Assembly (NCBI RefSeq): GCF_044324785.1
Contig: NZ_CP172127.1
Length of the DNA stretch: 64,000 bases
Direction: 5' to 3' (one strand)
Origin: Escherichia coli
Lineage (GTDB): Bacteria; Pseudomonadota; Gammaproteobacteria; Enterobacterales; Enterobacteriaceae
Both the position numbers and the translations under genes were made by a program. Shown here in pieces: positions 42,730 through 53,213 of the stretch; positions within the stretch are counted from its first letter, which is position 1; every line of letters begins with the position of its first letter. Below the pieces are notes generated by a model. That model was not told the DNA's origin. It saw only the letters and a list, made by a program, of their open reading frames with translations, and made no database searches.

Positions 42730-43620
42730 ATGGATGCAAAACAAACGCGGCAGGGCGTATTACTCGCTCTTGCCGCTTATTTTATTTGGGGTATTGCGCC
42801 AGCGTACTTCAAGCTGATTTACTACGTGCCCGCCGATGAGATCCTGACGCATCGCGTGATCTGGTCGTTTTTCTTTATGGTGGTGCTGATGAGCATCTGC
42901 CGCCAGTGGTCCTATTTAAAAACGCTGATTCAGACGCCACAGAAAATTTTTATGCTGGCAGTCTCTGCCGTGCTGATTGGTGGCAACTGGCTACTGTTTA
43001 TCTGGGCGGTGAACAATCACCATATGCTGGAAGCGAGCCTTGGTTACTTTATTAACCCGCTGGTGAACATTGTGCTGGGGATGATTTTCCTCGGCGAGCG
43101 ATTCCGCCGGATGCAATGGCTGGCGGTGATTCTGGCGATATGTGGCGTGTTGGTTCAGTTGTGGACTTTTGGTTCACTGCCGATTATCGCGCTGGGGCTG
43201 GCGTTTAGTTTTGCCTTCTACGGCCTGGTACGCAAGAAGATTGCTGTTGAAGCGCAAACCGGCATGTTAATCGAAACTATGTGGTTGCTGCCCGTGGCGG
43301 CGATTTACCTGTTTGCTATTGCCGACAGCTCAACCAGCCATATGGGGCAAAACCCGATGTCACTGAATTTACTGCTGATCGCCGCCGGGATTGTCACTAC
43401 CGTACCGCTGTTGTGTTTTACTGCGGCTGCGACACGCCTGCGTCTCTCAACGTTAGGCTTTTTTCAGTACATTGGCCCGACGCTGATGTTCCTGCTGGCT
43501 GTGACGTTTTATGGTGAAAAACCGGGTGCCGATAAGATGGTGACCTTCGCCTTTATTTGGGTGGCGCTGGCAATTTTTGTGATGGATGCGATTTATACGC
43601 AGCGTAGAACGTCCAAATAA
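42730..43620 (+). CDS. rarD: EamA/RarD-family membrane transporter
   Basis: 296-aa polytopic ORF. Confidence 0.85.
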   Translation: MDAKQTRQGVLLALAAYFIWGIAPAYFKLIYYVPADEILTHRVIWSFFFMVVLMSICRQWSYLKTLIQTPQKIFMLAVSAVLIGGNWLLFIWAVNNHHMLEASLGYFINPLVNIVLGMIFLGERFRRMQWLAVILAICGVLVQLWTFGSLPIIALGLAFSFAFYGLVRKKIAVEAQTGMLIETMWLLPVAAIYLFAIADSSTSHMGQNPMSLNLLLIAAGIVTTVPLLCFTAAATRLRLSTLGFFQYIGPTLMFLLAVTFYGEKPGADKMVTFAFIWVALAIFVMDAIYTQRRTSK

Positions 43621-43714
43621 AAAATAAATATATTCTGAAAAAATATGCCGACTCTTGCATGAGAGTGGGCATATTGCCATGCTGACAGGAGACTCACACA
43701 AGGATGTAAAATTT

Positions 43715-44095
43715 ATGTTACGTATGTTTATCCCAACATCTAATGGTAAGATTTCCAGACGCCGTTATATATTTTCATTTATTTTAATAAATTTCATTTT
43801 TGCCTTTCTTATTATCTTTTTTAACGATGGGGAAGCAGATTTTCTTGTTATAGTCTCTACCATCGTACTCCATTATCTCGTCATCAACTTGAATTGCCAA
43901 CGACTCCGTGATAGTGGTTTCGTCTATATAAAAACTTATGTTTTTGGTACATTAGCAGTATATATCATCTCTATCATCACAATGATAGCCGAAGATTTTG
44001 CCTGTTCAGGCAATGGTTCGATGATTTTTTTGATTTGTTATTTTTCCACTTTCAGTATGCTAATGCTTGCACCTACTGATTCATCAAAACAATAG
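43715..44095 (+). CDS. yigF: Small inner membrane protein YigF (DUF2628)
   Basis: [22 protein letters not shown]..., AT-rich, two TM segments. Confidence 0.75.
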   Translation: MLRMFIPTSNGKISRRRYIFSFILINFIFAFLIIFFNDGEADFLVIVSTIVLHYLVINLNCQRLRDSGFVYIKTYVFGTLAVYIISIITMIAEDFACSGNGSMIFLICYFSTFSMLMLAPTDSSKQ

Positions 44096-44108
44096 TTATG
44101 GAGTATTT

Positions 44109-44489
44109 ATGAGTAAGGAATATATGAACGATGGTTCATTAAGTGAAAAATGGAAATACCGATTTAATTTTTATGATCAACATGGCTTTCCAGGATTCTG
44201 GGGGGCAACACCAGAATATAAAGCAGCATTTAAAACATTAAAAGTAAGACAACGATTAACTATTCAAATGAATTTCATTGCTTTCTTCTGTTCCTGGATC
44301 TATTTATTTGTTCTGGGATTATGGAAAAAAGCAATTATAGTTCTATTACTTGGCATTCTATCTCTATTTGTTGGTGCACTAATTGGCGTTAACATTCTGG
44401 GAATTGCCGTAGCAGCCTATGTTGCTGTTAACACGAACAAATGGTTTTATGAGAAAGAGGTAAAAGGGTTAAATACCTGGAGCCTTTGA
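44109..44489 (+). CDS. yigG: Small inner membrane protein YigG (DUF2628)
   Basis: MSKEYMNDGSLSEKWKYRFNFYDQHGF...; paralogous architecture to yigF. Confidence 0.75.
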   Translation: MSKEYMNDGSLSEKWKYRFNFYDQHGFPGFWGATPEYKAAFKTLKVRQRLTIQMNFIAFFCSWIYLFVLGLWKKAIIVLLLGILSLFVGALIGVNILGIAVAAYVAVNTNKWFYEKEVKGLNTWSL

Positions 44490-44529
44490 ATAACAGGTGG
44501 CTTAGCCAGGCTAAGCCACCGCCTTCTTT

Positions 44530-44672
44530 TTACAACCAGTTCTTCCGCTTAAAGTACAGATACGGTGCCAGGCCCGCGAGGATCATAAAGATAATCGCGC
44601 CAGGGTAGCCGAAACTCCACTTCAGTTCCGGCATAAACTCAAAGTTCATGCCATAGCTGGAGGCAATCCGCG
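44530..44672 (-). pseudogene. Diverged duplicate of the corA 3' end (last ~47 codons)
   Basis: ~143 bp at ~95% identity to 46241-46383; encodes the same ...[44 protein letters not shown] with only synonymous changes; homology begins exactly at the stop codon. Confidence 0.8.
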
Positions 44673-44856
44673 TAGGAAAAAGTTTCCTAATCGGTAAATT
44701 CAACATTTTGTTATTAACAATGAGCAAGACCAATCATTAACGACGTTCTCTTCAGAGATGTAATGAAAAAATGTGAAGTGTACTTCTTTTCTAAATATTT
44801 TTTTACCCTAGCATTTGTTCTCGAATTGATATTGAGCTTAAATATAACTAAGGCAA

Positions 44857-45711
44857 ATGCAAATGAATAACATATTACTTCCGCCAATTAATATTCCCTG
44901 TACACTTTTCGAAACTATTAGTTTATTCGATGATTTTTCTGCTGATGATATGCAATATGGTGATATGGTAGAACAAGACTTTCTCTCACTCGGCCTAAGC
45001 GATATCTCAGCAAAAGTTGATCCTTACCGACTTATTAAATACCATTTCCCTGGCCCAGGTTCTATTAATGTTGCTTTTAGTGCCTCAAGTTCCGGAACAA
45101 AAATATCACAACGTGAATGCACTGATATTTTATTTGCAGAAATGAAAGAACTAGCAAAAATGTTTTCCTTTTTTGGACAATATAAAACACTTATCGAAGA
45201 TCTGATTGAAAATTTTAGATATGGAAATGGCAGCAATTTTCATAGCCAACAATTAAATTTATCTTTTCATGAAAAAATAAATAAATATGGTTATAATAGT
45301 CCAATACGAATAATCAAAGAATGTATCGAAAATGGCATTAATTCAACTCCCTCGACAGGATACCAACCTCTTATCCTGCAAAGCATTAAAACCAAATTAC
45401 TTTCATCAAGACTAAATAAATTTAATGACTTCAAGGACAGTTTTAATGGCTTAGGAATCAGTGTTCATGATATTTCAGCTCAAAAAATATCTCTTTTAAG
45501 TTTTCAAAAATACGCTATAGGATGGAGTGCAACAATTCATTTTGTAGCACAGGACCACTTCGGTCTCGATGTAACTGATATCAAAAACAAGACTTATAGC
45601 AAATATAGATTTTTTCGCATATGGTTCTTTTTACAACGGCATAAAGACTTTGCTTTCAAACCTTTTTTCACCAATTTTAACACTATAGAAAGAATCGAAA
45701 ATTATCTATGA
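44857..45711 (+). CDS. Hypothetical 284-aa protein, AT-rich, no signal peptide; candidate effector/toxin-like protein
   Basis: Intact ORF in low-GC DNA inside the corA-repeat-bounded insert; stop overlaps the start of the next gene (ATGA). Confidence 0.5.
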   Translation: MQMNNILLPPINIPCTLFETISLFDDFSADDMQYGDMVEQDFLSLGLSDISAKVDPYRLIKYHFPGPGSINVAFSASSSGTKISQRECTDILFAEMKELAKMFSFFGQYKTLIEDLIENFRYGNGSNFHSQQLNLSFHEKINKYGYNSPIRIIKECIENGINSTPSTGYQPLILQSIKTKLLSSRLNKFNDFKDSFNGLGISVHDISAQKISLLSFQKYAIGWSATIHFVAQDHFGLDVTDIKNKTYSKYRFFRIWFFLQRHKDFAFKPFFTNFNTIERIENYL

Positions 45712-46199
45712 AAAGCAAACTCCAGAAAATTATATTATGTTTATTTCTTCTATGCTGCATCTATAATTTATGGACATTGCGTCCTGTACAGATTTTGTAT
45801 ACATACTCTGATGCTGGCAATTCAGTCTTTCTGGTCGTTGATCATCTGCCATGGACTGACAGCGATAAAATAAATTGGTATCTGAAGCATCAGAATGAAA
45901 TTAAAAATCAACATCCCCTACCAGAAGGTAGTTGGCATACCTGGTATGTCATTGATATCGGTAATGGCTTCACTGACTATAAAAAATATATTGAAGGGCC
46001 GTATGAAGATCTCTACTGTTTCCCGACAATTAAGAGCAATGATAATTGCATCGTGAAAAATTACTTAATGGTTATTAATGAATACCCTTATCGTAACACT
46101 CATATTGGTATTAACGATTTTACTGAGTATCAATTAACACAAGAAAATAAAATAGAGCGAGTTTTCAATCCGCATGACTTTAAAAAAGACAATTTTTAG
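45708..46199 (+). CDS. Hypothetical 163-aa protein with N-terminal signal peptide/membrane anchor; candidate periplasmic immunity-like partner
   Basis: N-terminal hydrophobic KIILCLFLLCCIYNLW; translationally coupled to the upstream gene. Confidence 0.5.
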   Translation: MKSKLQKIILCLFLLCCIYNLWTLRPVQILYTYSDAGNSVFLVVDHLPWTDSDKINWYLKHQNEIKNQHPLPEGSWHTWYVIDIGNGFTDYKKYIEGPYEDLYCFPTIKSNDNCIVKNYLMVINEYPYRNTHIGINDFTEYQLTQENKIERVFNPHDFKKDNF

Positions 46200-46240
46200 A
46201 AATAAGCCGGATAAAAAAATAGCTTTATCCGGCACTCATA

Positions 46241-47191
46241 TTACAACCAGTTCTTCCGCTTAAAGTACAGATACGGTGCCAGGCCCGCGAGGATCATAAA
46301 GATAATCGCGCCTGGGTAGCCGAAACTCCACTTCAGTTCTGGCATAAACTCAAAGTTCATCCCGTAGCTGGAAGCAACCAGCGTCGGTGGCAGGAACACC
46401 ACGGATACCACCGAGAAGATTTTGATGATGCGGTTCTGCTCGATGTTGATAAAGCCCATAGCCGCCTGCATCAGGAAGTTCACCTTCTGGAACAGGGATT
46501 CGTTATGCGGCAGCAGGGATTCGATATCTCGCAGGATTTCACGCGCCTGCTCCAGTTGCCCACCCGGTAAGCGTGCTTTACGTACCAGGAAGTTGAGCGC
46601 GCGCTGGGTATCCATCAGACACAGGCGAACTTTCCAGCCGATATCTTCCAGTTCCGCCAGCGTGGAGAGCGCCTCGTCGTACTCATCGCCCTGATGCCCT
46701 TCCATAATTACCCGGCTCAACTGCTCCAGGTCGCTGTAGATATTTTCAATTTCATCTGCCAACTGTTCGATTTTGGTTTCGAACAGATCCAGCAGCAGCT
46801 CGTAGGCATTACCGTCTACCATCGACTGGCTACGGGCACGCATACGATACAGACGGAATGCAGGCAATTCACGCTCACGCAGAGTAAACAGACGACCATC
46901 ACGGATGGTAAATGCCACAGTGGAGTTACCGGCGTGATCTTCCGCATCTTCAAAGAAGAAGAAGGAGTGAATATGCAGGCCGTCATCGTCTTCAAAGAAA
47001 CGTGCCGATGCTTCGATGTCTTCCAGTTCCGGGCGGGTTGCCAGGCTCTGGCCAAGTTCAGATTGTACGCGCAGTCGCTCGTCGTCGTCCGGTTCGACAA
47101 GATCAATCCATACTGCATTTACAAGGGGTTGTGACTCTTCGACTTCCAGCCGGGTCAGTCGGTTATTTTCCAGTTGAAATGCGCTCAGCAT
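46241..47191 (-). CDS. corA: Magnesium/cobalt transport protein CorA
   Basis: [19 protein letters not shown]..., 316 aa, GMN motif ([12 protein letters not shown]). Confidence 0.95.
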   Translation of the reverse strand: MLSAFQLENNRLTRLEVEESQPLVNAVWIDLVEPDDDERLRVQSELGQSLATRPELEDIEASARFFEDDDGLHIHSFFFFEDAEDHAGNSTVAFTIRDGRLFTLRERELPAFRLYRMRARSQSMVDGNAYELLLDLFETKIEQLADEIENIYSDLEQLSRVIMEGHQGDEYDEALSTLAELEDIGWKVRLCLMDTQRALNFLVRKARLPGGQLEQAREILRDIESLLPHNESLFQKVNFLMQAAMGFINIEQNRIIKIFSVVSVVFLPPTLVASSYGMNFEFMPELKWSFGYPGAIIFMILAGLAPYLYFKRKNWL

Positions 47192-47560
47192 GACCGGGAC
47201 TCCCAATGCTTAAAATATCGGACAGTTCGGTGGGCACACAGAAACAAATTGGGTTTCAGACCATTAAACAGCCTGACTCAGCGCGACGGGAAAAATTGAG
47301 GTCGCTGACAACCGCTAAGGCTATCAGCAAAAAGGGATAGCCTTAGGAGTTGATCCTGGATGACAGGATAGTGAGCCAGTATCTACTGGGTGTGTCCAAG
47401 GCGAATGTCCTCTTAGAGTGATCGTGCGCGCATGTTACGCCAGCAAAATTTTGCCGTCAACACGCAACAGAACACCACAGAACAATAGTTGAACTTCGCG
47501 CTTTTTGGTACTCGTCAAGGTCGCTAACAGGATAAAAAAATCCCACATCCAGGACCTATA

Positions 47561-48325
47561 ATGGCGCATCGGCTACTCATTGGTAAAGGAATGATCACCT
47601 TGAATCTCAAACGGATTTTTCTCGCCCTCACCTTACTTCCCTTGTTTGCTGTTGCCGCTGATGATTGCGCACTCTCAGATCCGACGCTGACCGTACAGGC
47701 GTATACCGTTAATCCTCAAACAGAGCGGGTGAAAATATACTGGCAAAAAGCCAATGGCGAAGCGTGGGGAACGTTACATGCTCTGCTGGCGGATATGAAT
47801 AGTCAGGGTCAGGTGCAGATGGCGATGAACGGCGGCATCTATGATGAAAGCTATGCGCCGCTCGGTTTGTACATCGAAAACGGTCAGCAGAAGGTGGCGT
47901 TAAATCTCGCTTCAGGTGAAGGGAATTTCTTTATTCGTCCTGGCGGCGTGTTTTATGTCGCGGGAGATAAAATCGGCATCGTTCGTCTGGATGCCTTTAA
48001 AACCAGTAAAGAGATTCAGTTTGCGGTGCAGTCAGGGCCAATGTTGATGGAAAACGGCGTAATTAATCCGCGTATTCATCCCAACGTCGCCTCACGTAAA
48101 ATTCGTAACGGTGTTGGGATTAATAAACAAGGGAACGCCGTGTTTTTGTTGAGCAAGCAGGCGACAAATTTTTATGATTTTGCCTGTTATGCCAAAGCGA
48201 AACTGAACGTTGAGCAGCTGCTTTATCTTGATGGCACGATTTCACATATGTATATGAAAGGCGGGGCAATCCCGTGGCAACGCTATCCTTTTGTCACCAT
48301 GATTTCCGTCGAGCGGAAAGGTTAA
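47561..48325 (+). CDS. yigE: YigE (DUF2233, secreted)
   Basis: 254-aa ORF with signal peptide; position between corA and uvrD. Confidence 0.75.
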   Translation: MAHRLLIGKGMITLNLKRIFLALTLLPLFAVAADDCALSDPTLTVQAYTVNPQTERVKIYWQKANGEAWGTLHALLADMNSQGQVQMAMNGGIYDESYAPLGLYIENGQQKVALNLASGEGNFFIRPGGVFYVAGDKIGIVRLDAFKTSKEIQFAVQSGPMLMENGVINPRIHPNVASRKIRNGVGINKQGNAVFLLSKQATNFYDFACYAKAKLNVEQLLYLDGTISHMYMKGGAIPWQRYPFVTMISVERKG

Positions 48326-48407
48326 GCATTGTACACTCGAGGAGGCCAGACAAACTGGGGCTGGCTACACAGCTGGAAAATCATCAGATAAATGAAGGGA
48401 AACAAAA

Positions 48408-49310
48408 ATGAAAAAAACGCTCGCAACGTTATTTTTATTAACGTGTCTGGGATCATCATCCGCTTATGCGGATAACGCTTTGATTTTACAAACTGATTTT
48501 AGCCTGAAAGATGGTGCCGTCTCGGCGATGAAAGGGGTCGCATTCGGTGTTGACCATAATCTTAAAATATTTGATTTAACACACGAAATTCCACCGTATA
48601 ACATCTGGGAAGGCGCTTACCGCCTGTATCAGACCGCCAGTTACTGGCCGCAAGGTTCGGTATTTGTCAGTGTGGTCGATCCTGGTGTTGGTACAGACCG
48701 TAAATCGGTAGTGCTGAAAACCAAAAACGGTCAATACTTCGTTTCACCAGATAACGGTACGCTCACTTTGGTGGCACAAACTCTGGGTATTGATAGCGTC
48801 CGGGAAATCGACGAAAAAGCTAACCGCCTGAAAGGTTCTGAAAAGTCATATACCTTCCACGGTCGTGACGTGTATGCCTACACCGGTGCGCGTCTGGCTT
48901 CCGGGGCGATTACGTTCGAACAGGTGGGGCCAGAGCTTCCTGCAAAAGTTGTCGAACTTTCTTATCAGAAAGCAAAAGCAACAAAAGGTGAAGTGAAGGG
49001 CAATATCCCGATTCTCGATATTCAGTACGGCAACGTCTGGAGCAATATCAGCGACGAGTTGCTGAATCAGGCAGGAATCAAACTCAACGACACGTTGTGT
49101 GTGACCATTTCCGAAGGTTCCCAGCAAAAATACGCAGGGAAAATGCCGTATGTCGCAAGCTTCGGCGATGTGCCGGAAGGCCAGCCGATGGTGTATCTGA
49201 ACAGCTTGTTGAATGTTTCCGTGGCGCTGAATATGGATAATTTTGCGCAGAAACATCAGGTTGCGTCTGGTGCTGACTGGAATATTGATGTGAAGAAGTG
49301 CGCTAAGTAA
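48408..49310 (+). CDS. Secreted DUF62-family protein (SAM hydroxide adenosyltransferase/halogenase-like fold)
   Basis: Signal peptide MKKTLATLFLLTCLGSSSAYA; motifs TDFSLKDGAVSAMKGV, DLTHEIPPYNI, VVDPGVGT, VSPDNG resemble the DUF62 family as I recall it. Confidence 0.65.
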   Translation: MKKTLATLFLLTCLGSSSAYADNALILQTDFSLKDGAVSAMKGVAFGVDHNLKIFDLTHEIPPYNIWEGAYRLYQTASYWPQGSVFVSVVDPGVGTDRKSVVLKTKNGQYFVSPDNGTLTLVAQTLGIDSVREIDEKANRLKGSEKSYTFHGRDVYAYTGARLASGAITFEQVGPELPAKVVELSYQKAKATKGEVKGNIPILDIQYGNVWSNISDELLNQAGIKLNDTLCVTISEGSQQKYAGKMPYVASFGDVPEGQPMVYLNSLLNVSVALNMDNFAQKHQVASGADWNIDVKKCAK

Positions 49311-49354
49311 GGTGCTGATGCGGAATGCGGTGTGGCGCACCGCATTCCGCAACG

Positions 49355-51517
49355 TCACACCGTCTCCAACCGGGCGTAAGCCGCCACCAGCCATTTAATA
49401 CCCTGGCCCTGGAACGCCACCTGCAAACGGCTATGCTCACCGCTGCCTTCCATATTGACGATGGTGCCTTCACCAAACTTAGCGTGGCGTACGCGCTGGC
49501 CGAGCTTGTAGCCGCTGTCGTTCTCGACCATCGGCGTACCCATCCGTTGATGGCTGACCGGGCGGCTTACCGTGGCGCGCAGGCGCACCTCTTCCACACA
49601 CTCTTCCGGCAACTCACCGATAAAGCGCGACGGGCGATGGTAAACCTCTTTGCCATACAGACGGCGGGTTTCCGCGTAGGTCAGCGTCAGTTTCTGCATC
49701 GCGCGGGTTACGCCAACGTAGGCCAGACGGCGTTCTTCTTCCAGACGTCCGCCTTCATCCAGCGACATCTGACTTGGGAACATACCCTCTTCCATACCGA
49801 CGATAAACACCTGCGGGAACTCCAGCCCTTTCGCCGAGTGTAGCGTCATCAACTGCACCGCGTCCTGCCAGGTATCCGCCTGCCCTTCACCTGCTTCCAG
49901 TGCCGCATGGGAGAGGAACGCCTGCAGCGGCATTAAATCTTCGTCTTCTTCGTTGTAGCTGAACTGGCGCGTCGCCGTCACCAGTTCCTCCAGGTTTTCG
50001 ATACGCGTCTGACCTTTTTCGCCCTTCTCCTGCTCGTACATGGTGCGCAAGCCGGAGTCTTTAATTACCCGGTCAGTCTGTACATGCAGCGGCATATCGG
50101 CAGTTTCCTGCGCTAAGGCGTCGATCAGTTCCATAAACCGTTGCAAGGCACTGGCAGCACGTCCGGCGAGGGCTTTTTCCTGCAACAGTTCACGACATGC
50201 CTGCCAGAGTGTTAACTGACGATCGCGCGATGTCTGACGTACCACGTCCAGCGTCCGGTCACCAATACCCCGCGTTGGCGTATTCACCACGCGCTCAAAC
50301 GCCGCGTCGTCGTTGCGGTTGGCAATCAGGCGCAGATACGAGAGCGCGTCTTTGATTTCCTGGCGTTCGAAGAAGCGCATCCCGCCGTAAATACGGTACG
50401 GCATACTCGCCTGCAACAGTGCTTCTTCCAGCACACGCGACTGGGCGTTACTGCGGTAGAGAATGGCGCACTCGGCGAGCGCCCCGCCGTTGTCCTGCCA
50501 GGTCTTGATACGGTTAACCACAAAACGCGCTTCGTCGAGTTCGTTAAAAGCGCAATAGAGGGAAATCGGCTCACCGTCCGCGCCATCGGTCCACAGTTTT
50601 TTACCCAGACGCCCGTTGTTGTTTTCAATCAGGGCGTTAGCGGCGCTCAGAATATTGCTGGTAGAGCGGTAGTTTTGCTCCAGACGAATAGTTTCGGCAC
50701 CGGGGAAATCATTAAGGAAACGCTGAATATTCTCCACCTGCGCCCCGCGCCAGCCGTAGATTGACTGGTCGTCATCGCCAACGATCATCACTTTGCCGGT
50801 GTCGCCCGCCAGCAGGCGGATCCACGCGTACTGAATGTTGTTGGTATCCTGGAATTCGTCCACCAGGATGTTAGTAAAACGTTCGCGGTAGTGTTGCAGG
50901 ATATGCGGCTTGTTAAGCCACAACTCGTGAGCACGTAGCAGCAGCTCGGCGAAGTCCACCAGGCCCGCGCGGTCACACGCTTCCTGATACGCCTGATACA
51001 CCTTCTGCCAGGTCTGCTCCACCGGATTACCGTAGCTTTGAATATGATGTGGACGCAGGCCTTCATCTTTCTGGCTGTTGATGTACCACATTGCCTGGCG
51101 CGGCGGCCACTGCTTCTCGTCGAGGTTCATCGCCTTGATTAGGCGTTTGAGCAGGCGTAGCTGGTCCTCGCTGTCGAGGATCTGAAAATCCTGCGGCAGA
51201 TTGGCGTCCATATGGTGCGCACGCAGCAGACGGTGCGCCAGCCCGTGGAAGGTGCCGACCCACATGCCGCCCTGGCTGGTGCCCATCAGCTGCCCGATAC
51301 GATGACGCATCTCCGCCGCCGCTTTGTTGGTAAACGTTACCGCCATAATCGAGTATGGCGAGCAGTTTTCCACGCTCATCAGCCAGGCGATACGATGCAC
51401 CAATACGCGCGTCTTACCACTGCCCGCGCCCGCCAGCACCAGAAGGTTGCTGCGTGGCGCGGCCACCGCTTCGCGCTGTTTGTCATTAAGGCTGTCGAGC
51501 AGGTAAGAAACGTCCAT
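49355..51517 (-). CDS. uvrD: DNA helicase II UvrD
   Basis: MDVSYLLDSLNDKQREAVAAPRSNLLVLAGAGSGKTRVL... 720 aa; the ORF-track extension upstream is probably untranslated. Confidence 0.95.
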   Translation of the reverse strand: MDVSYLLDSLNDKQREAVAAPRSNLLVLAGAGSGKTRVLVHRIAWLMSVENCSPYSIMAVTFTNKAAAEMRHRIGQLMGTSQGGMWVGTFHGLAHRLLRAHHMDANLPQDFQILDSEDQLRLLKRLIKAMNLDEKQWPPRQAMWYINSQKDEGLRPHHIQSYGNPVEQTWQKVYQAYQEACDRAGLVDFAELLLRAHELWLNKPHILQHYRERFTNILVDEFQDTNNIQYAWIRLLAGDTGKVMIVGDDDQSIYGWRGAQVENIQRFLNDFPGAETIRLEQNYRSTSNILSAANALIENNNGRLGKKLWTDGADGEPISLYCAFNELDEARFVVNRIKTWQDNGGALAECAILYRSNAQSRVLEEALLQASMPYRIYGGMRFFERQEIKDALSYLRLIANRNDDAAFERVVNTPTRGIGDRTLDVVRQTSRDRQLTLWQACRELLQEKALAGRAASALQRFMELIDALAQETADMPLHVQTDRVIKDSGLRTMYEQEKGEKGQTRIENLEELVTATRQFSYNEEDEDLMPLQAFLSHAALEAGEGQADTWQDAVQLMTLHSAKGLEFPQVFIVGMEEGMFPSQMSLDEGGRLEEERRLAYVGVTRAMQKLTLTYAETRRLYGKEVYHRPSRFIGELPEECVEEVRLRATVSRPVSHQRMGTPMVENDSGYKLGQRVRHAKFGEGTIVNMEGSGEHSRLQVAFQGQGIKWLVAAYARLETV

Positions 51518-51600
51518 TGGCACCGCCGCGTAAAAATAGGTTGGGCGGAGAAGCGCAACGCCCTCCGCCAAAAAGCTGGGTATATATACAGATTTGCTGA

Positions 51601-52317
51601 TTATATCAGCGAGGTCAGAGATGCCAACCGGGAAATTTCCAGATGCGGGAGTAAACGGCTGTCCCAGGTTTGCATCAGATCGCCATTTTCCGGTCTGATC
51701 CAACAGGCCTGCATTCCGCTGCGAATTGCCCCACCCACGTCAGTGGTGAGATCGTCCCCGACATGTAAGATCTCGCCGATCGGCACGTTGAGTTTTTCCG
51801 CCGCCAGGAAGTACATATCGCTGAACGGTTTTGAGCGCCCGTGCGGGCCAGCGCGCAACACAAACTCAAAATAATCCCCTAAACCAAACAGCTCCGGCTG
51901 GGCGTTACCGTTGGTGATCGCCACCAGCGGCCATTTCTTCGCCAGCTGTTTTAAGGTGTCGTGGGTTTGCTGCGGGACCTCGATCCGGCTGCGCCATTTG
52001 GCAAAGTTGATCATTGCTGCATGTGCGCCTGCACTGGCTTCTTCGGCACTCAACCCGGCGTCGAGCATCGCTTGTTCAATCGAACGAAAACGCCAGCGCG
52101 TCACGTCGTGATAAATCTCGGGTTCCGCTTCCCGTACCGCCTGGCGCAGGCGTTGCAGATCTTCATTCTGGAAGCTGCGCAGCGCCGGATGGTAATTTTG
52201 CACAAAGGTAAGCGCCTCTCGCTCGGTGCGCAAAATCACCGGACGGTTATCGTAAAGGGTATCATCCAGGTCAAAGGTGAGCGCCGAGATGCGCCCCAAA
52301 GGCCGGTAAAAACGCAT
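51601..52317 (-). CDS. yigB: HAD-family 5-amino-6-(5-phospho-D-ribitylamino)uracil phosphatase YigB
   Basis: 238-aa ORF with [12 protein letters not shown] motif. Confidence 0.85.
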   Translation of the reverse strand: MRFYRPLGRISALTFDLDDTLYDNRPVILRTEREALTFVQNYHPALRSFQNEDLQRLRQAVREAEPEIYHDVTRWRFRSIEQAMLDAGLSAEEASAGAHAAMINFAKWRSRIEVPQQTHDTLKQLAKKWPLVAITNGNAQPELFGLGDYFEFVLRAGPHGRSKPFSDMYFLAAEKLNVPIGEILHVGDDLTTDVGGAIRSGMQACWIRPENGDLMQTWDSRLLPHLEISRLASLTSLI

Positions 52318-53213
52318 TATTTCCCCCGTTTGGCGCGTGGATGCGCCGCATCGTACACCGAGGCAAGGTGTTGAAAATCAAGATGAGTATAGATTTGCGT
52401 GGTGGAGAGGTTGGCATGACCCAGCAGCTCCTGCACACCACGAAGATCGCCGCTCGACTCCAGCATATGCGTGGCGAACGAGTGACGTAATTTATGCGGG
52501 TGAACGTGATTATTCAGCCCTTGTTTTATGCCCCATTCGGCAAAGCGTTTCTGCACATTACGCGCGGAGATACGCTTGCCCAGTTTCGACAGAAAAAGCG
52601 CGTCGTCTTCGCTACCAAACAGGTCGCGCAAATCAAGCCAGTGCTCAATCCACGCCACAGCGTTGCGACCAATCGGCAGGCGGCGCTCTTTGCTGCCTTT
52701 CCCCATCACCCACACTTCGCCGGACTCCAGGTCGAGGTGTTTGATATCGAGCCCCACCAGTTCGGAAAGACGTAGACCCGCGCCGTACATCACTTCCAGC
52801 ATTGCCCGATCGCGCACGGCGAGGGGATCGTTGATATCAATATCCAGCAGCCGATTCATATCATCGACGTCGATGTTTTTCGGCAGATGACGCGGCGCTT
52901 TCGGTGCCGAAACACCTTTCGCCGGGTTGGCTTTGAGTTCGTTCTGGCTGACCAGCCAGTCAAAAAAGCTACGTAGCGCAGAAAGCCGTAACGCCAGACT
53001 TGCAGCTCCCAGCCCTTTACGGCGACTGCGTACAGCGAAATTGCGCACCATCGTCACATCACATTGCTGCCAGCTTTGCAGGCCGTTTTCACTGGCAAAA
53101 TTGATGATCGCCTCAAGCTGACGCTGATAGTTAAGCAGGGTTATCGGGCTAAGCTGACGCTCCACGCTCAGATAACGTAGGTAGCGTTCTACATCGGTGT
53201 GTAAATCGGTCAT
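52317..53213 (-). CDS. xerC: Tyrosine site-specific recombinase XerC
   Basis: 298-aa ORF with C-terminal HxxRHxxAT...Y catalytic region ([11 protein letters not shown]...[13 protein letters not shown]). Confidence 0.95.

Noticed and set aside
44530-44733. 67-aa ORF reported as a possible independent small protein
   Set aside because: Its C-terminal 47 residues are the duplicated corA tail; interpreted as a gene remnant from the insertion event rather than a functional gene, although expression of a CorA C-terminal TM peptide cannot be excluded from sequence alone.
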